A DNA stretch of 27,443 bases from a bacterium (GTDB lineage Bacteria; Patescibacteriota; Minisyncoccia; Phycocordibacterales; GWA1-40-21), in the NCBI GenBank assembly GCA_043818495.1, contig JBDRFT010000056.1, positions 1-27,443 of the forward strand, given 5' to 3'. This document shows, piece by piece, positions 25,086 to 27,443 of the stretch. Numbering within the stretch: the stretch's first letter is position 1; each line of letters opens with the position of its first letter. The notes under the pieces were generated by a model, which was not told the origin of the DNA, searched no databases, and was given only the letters and a program-made list of their open reading frames with translations. Made by a program: the position numbers and the translations under genes.

Positions 25086-25150
25086 TTTGTAGTTGTTAGT
25101 GAGTGGTGAGTGGTGAGTAGGGGAAAAAATTATGAATTATGAATTATAAA
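25083..25150 (+). repeat. Heptamer tandem module downstream of cysS
   Basis: tagtttg tagttgt tagtgag tggtgag tggtgag tagggga aaaaat tatgaat tatgaat tataaat. Confidence 0.75.
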
Positions 25151-25293
25151 TATTTTGTAAATAATTTTGAATTTTTAAACTGAAACTGAATAAATTTTAT
25201 TGATTGAATGTTTTAAACAAATAAAAAAATATTTGATAATTAACAACAATTTTATAACTGTGTAGCGGTTATATATTAAATGAAAGTGAACAC

Positions 25294-26484
25294 CTAATTT
25301 TTAAGTATTTTTAATAATTTATGTATATCTATAATTTTTGTATCTTTACCTAAACTAAATCTAAGAACTGATTTTGCTCTATCATTTATTTTTTTTTCAT
25401 CCATTTCTATTTTTTGAGCTATTTTTTTAACTACAATAGATTCTCCAGTTCCAGAAGCACAAGCACTTGAAGATGAACAAATTATTCCCGCTTCATCTAA
25501 TCTAAAAACTAACATTTCTCCATCTAAGTCTTGCCCTAATATAGAAATATTTATATTATTTGGAAGTCGCTCTTTTGGATGACCATTTATTATGACATTC
25601 GGGATGAATTTTTTGACTTTGTTAAAAAACTCATCCCGAATTTTAACAAGTCGCTTACTTTCTTTTTCTTTTCTTTTTTGTGCTAATTCACAAGCCTTTG
25701 CAAAACCCACAATCAATGGAATATTTTCTGTTCCGCTTCTTCTATTATTTTCTTGCCCTCCTCCAAACATCATTGTTTCAATTTTTATTCCATCACGAAC
25801 AAAAAGAGCCCCAATACCTTTTGGTCCATACATTTTTTGAGCATCCAAAGTCATAAAATCAATTCCAAGTTCTTCTACATTCATATTCAAATAAAGTCCT
25901 GCTTGAGAAGCATCTATATGTAAATAAGGAAAACTTATTTTTTCTCGTCCAAATTCTTTTCTTTTATGTCTAATTTCTTTTATAATTTCTTTTATAGGTT
26001 GAATAACTCCAATTTCACTATTTGCATAACCGATAGACACGAGTATCGTTTGTTCTGTAATCATTTCTCTCAAATTTTTTGGATTAACTAATCCAAATTC
26101 ATCAACTTTTAAATAACTTACAAACGAACCCCTTTTTTCCAATTCTTTAAAACATTCCAAAATAGAACCATGTTCAATTTCTGTAGTTATTAAATGAATT
26201 TCAGAATATTTTTTATTTTCTTTTCTTATAAAATTTATTAAACCAAAAATTGCTAAATTATTTGCTTCTGTTCCTCCTGAAGTAAAAATAATTTCTCTAC
26301 TATGAGCGTTAATAAAATCGGCTATTTTTTTTCTACTATTTTGTAAGATAATTTTTGCTTTCACCCCCATAGAATGTATAGAACTCGGATTAGCAAATTC
26401 ATTTGACCAATACTTACTCATCGTAGACAAAATTTTTTTATCCACAGGTGTTGTAGACGCATTATCTAAATATATTTTTTTCAT
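25294..26484 (-). CDS. iscS: Cysteine desulfurase (IscS/NifS type; track start 26523, ATG 26484 preferred)
   Basis: IYLDNASTTP, ANPSSIH, FTSGGTEANN, HIDASQA, DAQKMYGPKGIG, RSGTENIP, SSSSACASG. Confidence 0.92.
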   Translation of the reverse strand: MKKIYLDNASTTPVDKKILSTMSKYWSNEFANPSSIHSMGVKAKIILQNSRKKIADFINAHSREIIFTSGGTEANNLAIFGLINFIRKENKKYSEIHLITTEIEHGSILECFKELEKRGSFVSYLKVDEFGLVNPKNLREMITEQTILVSIGYANSEIGVIQPIKEIIKEIRHKRKEFGREKISFPYLHIDASQAGLYLNMNVEELGIDFMTLDAQKMYGPKGIGALFVRDGIKIETMMFGGGQENNRRSGTENIPLIVGFAKACELAQKRKEKESKRLVKIRDEFFNKVKKFIPNVIINGHPKERLPNNINISILGQDLDGEMLVFRLDEAGIICSSSSACASGTGESIVVKKIAQKIEMDEKKINDRAKSVLRFSLGKDTKIIDIHKLLKILKN

Positions 26485-26490
26485 AAAAAA

Positions 26491-26499
26491 ATAATAGCA
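26491..26499 (-). promoter_or_regulatory. Extended -10 element, probable leaderless start of iscS
   Basis: TG-c-TATTAT-tttttt-ATG. Confidence 0.5.
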
Positions 26500-26537
26500 A
26501 TTTAAATGCTTTCTTACAAACAAAAATTAGTATAAAA

Positions 26538-26632
26538 TTAGCTTGCCTGCCTGCCGAAGCTTCGGCGCAGGCAGGTAGTTTTTTAGCTTGCCTGCCTGCC
26601 GAAGCTTCGGCGCAGGCAGGTAGTTTTTTAGC
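26538..26632. repeat. Exact 45-bp tandem duplication of GC-rich palindrome (family H)
   Basis: ttagcttgcctgcctgccgaagcttcggcgcaggcaggtagtttt x2 plus ttagc; core gccgaagcttcggc is a perfect palindrome. Confidence 0.92.
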
Positions 26633-26674
26633 AAAAACTCATTAAAACATTAAAAAATGAAAACAAAAAAAACA

Positions 26675-26708
26675 AAAAAGGTTTTCGGCGAAGCCGAAAA
26701 CCCTTTTT
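26675..26708. repeat. REP-like hairpin family A
   Basis: aaaaaggttttcggc-gaa-gccgaaaacccttttt; upstream attaaaacat.. flank shared with the 3107 copy. Confidence 0.9.
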
Positions 26709-26722
26709 ATTTTTTATTTTTG

Positions 26723-27442
26723 TTAATCTACGAGCACATAATCTATTTGTCTTTTATCTAAATCTGCCGAGACAAGTTTAATTTTTATTTTTTGTCCTAG
26801 CGAATATTTTTTATTTGTTTTTTCTCCAATTATAGAATAATTTTTTGCATCAAGTTTATAAAAATCATTATTAAGAGAAGAAAATTTTATCATACCTTCA
26901 ACTTTTGTTTCAATGTCTTCCGCATAAATACCCCATTCAGTAACTCCTGTAATTATACCATCAAAAATATTTCCAATTTTATCTAACATAAATTCTATTT
27001 GTTTATATTTTTTTCCATTACGTTCTGCTTCGGAAGCTTTAATTTCTTGTTCTGTGCTATGCAAGCAAGCCTTTTCATAAAAAATTAAATTTTTTTCTGC
27101 AACATTTTCTTTTATAAGAATTTTTTGTAATATTCTATGAACCAAAAGGTCTGGGTATCTTCTAATAGGCGAGGTAAAATGTGCGTAATATTCAAAAGCT
27201 AATCCAAAATGACCAATATTTTTTGTTGAATAAATTGCTTTTGCCATTGAACGAATAGCTGTTGTTTTTACAAGTGCTTCTTCAGCTTTTCCTTCTACTT
27301 GAGCAAAAAGCGCTTGCATATCTTTTCCTGTAACATTTCCAGTTTTTCCAATAATAAGTTCATGACCTAAAGCTTTTACAAAAATGGCAAGTTCGGCGAT
27401 TTTTTCTTTATTAGGAAGATTATGAATACGATAGGGAAGGGG
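26723..27442 (-). CDS. rnr: Ribonuclease R, 5'-partial (RNB C-terminus plus S1 domain)
   Basis: Frame open to the window edge (PLPYRIH...); GHFGLAFEYYAHFTSPIRRYPDLLVHR; S1 FDGIITGVTEWGIYAE. Confidence 0.95.
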   Translation of the reverse strand, partial: PLPYRIHNLPNKEKIAELAIFVKALGHELIIGKTGNVTGKDMQALFAQVEGKAEEALVKTTAIRSMAKAIYSTKNIGHFGLAFEYYAHFTSPIRRYPDLLVHRILQKILIKENVAEKNLIFYEKACLHSTEQEIKASEAERNGKKYKQIEFMLDKIGNIFDGIITGVTEWGIYAEDIETKVEGMIKFSSLNNDFYKLDAKNYSIIGEKTNKKYSLGQKIKIKLVSADLDKRQIDYVLVD

Positions 27443-27443
27443 A

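Noticed and set aside
108-25840. Shadow ORFs in the track (108..404, 1222..1434, 2601..2858, 2692..2874, 6855..7097, 12182..12424, 16478..16789, 16802..17014, 17724..17921, 20797..20994, 21174..21419, 24728..24964, 25592..25840)
   Set aside because: They overlap confident genes, a tRNA or repeats on the other strand or frame, and have F/L/I-rich antisense composition with no motifs
26538-26632. Possible mini-CRISPR array
   Set aside because: The sequence between palindromes is identical rather than a unique spacer; only two units; no cas genes
3107-26708. Family A hairpins as a CRISPR array or integron attC sites
   Set aside because: Dispersed at irregular distances, no regular spacers, no GTTRRRY/RYYYAAC cores, no integrase
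922-27442. Genetic code 25 (UGA=Gly) as in Gracilibacteria/Absconditabacteria
   Set aside because: All conserved genes are full length under code 11, with no need for UGA read-through

Overview
Very AT-rich bacterial chromosome segment, standard genetic code, most consistent with Patescibacteria/CPR (Parcubacteria-like). This assignment is inferred from the short ProRS, mreB-mreC without mreD, tandem GH130-like genes, divergent bS21 and a pilin-like/'STFKF' relic. The backbone is housekeeping: rnc, rsmE, argS, proS, mreBC, pyrG, rplU, ybeY, rpsU, corA, cysS, iscS, partial rnr and tRNA-Gly/Ser/Thr. An accessory block (about 5.6-14.8 kb) holds two double-domain GH130-like genes, a surface protein, DoxX, small ORFs and several gene relics (IS transposase C-terminus, MotA C-terminus, an internally deleted pilin-like gene). 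The intergenic DNA is the most unusual part. It has at least 8 families of REP-like hairpins built into mosaics, 7-nt tandem arrays, composite modules shared by unrelated genes, and many apparently leaderless promoters. Best candidate for an undescribed system: a 154-bp gene-less element at the 3' end of tRNA-Ser(GCT) that duplicates the tRNA end and carries a 23-nt antisense copy of it, split by a hairpin. All protein calls come from motif recognition by eye; no database search was run.
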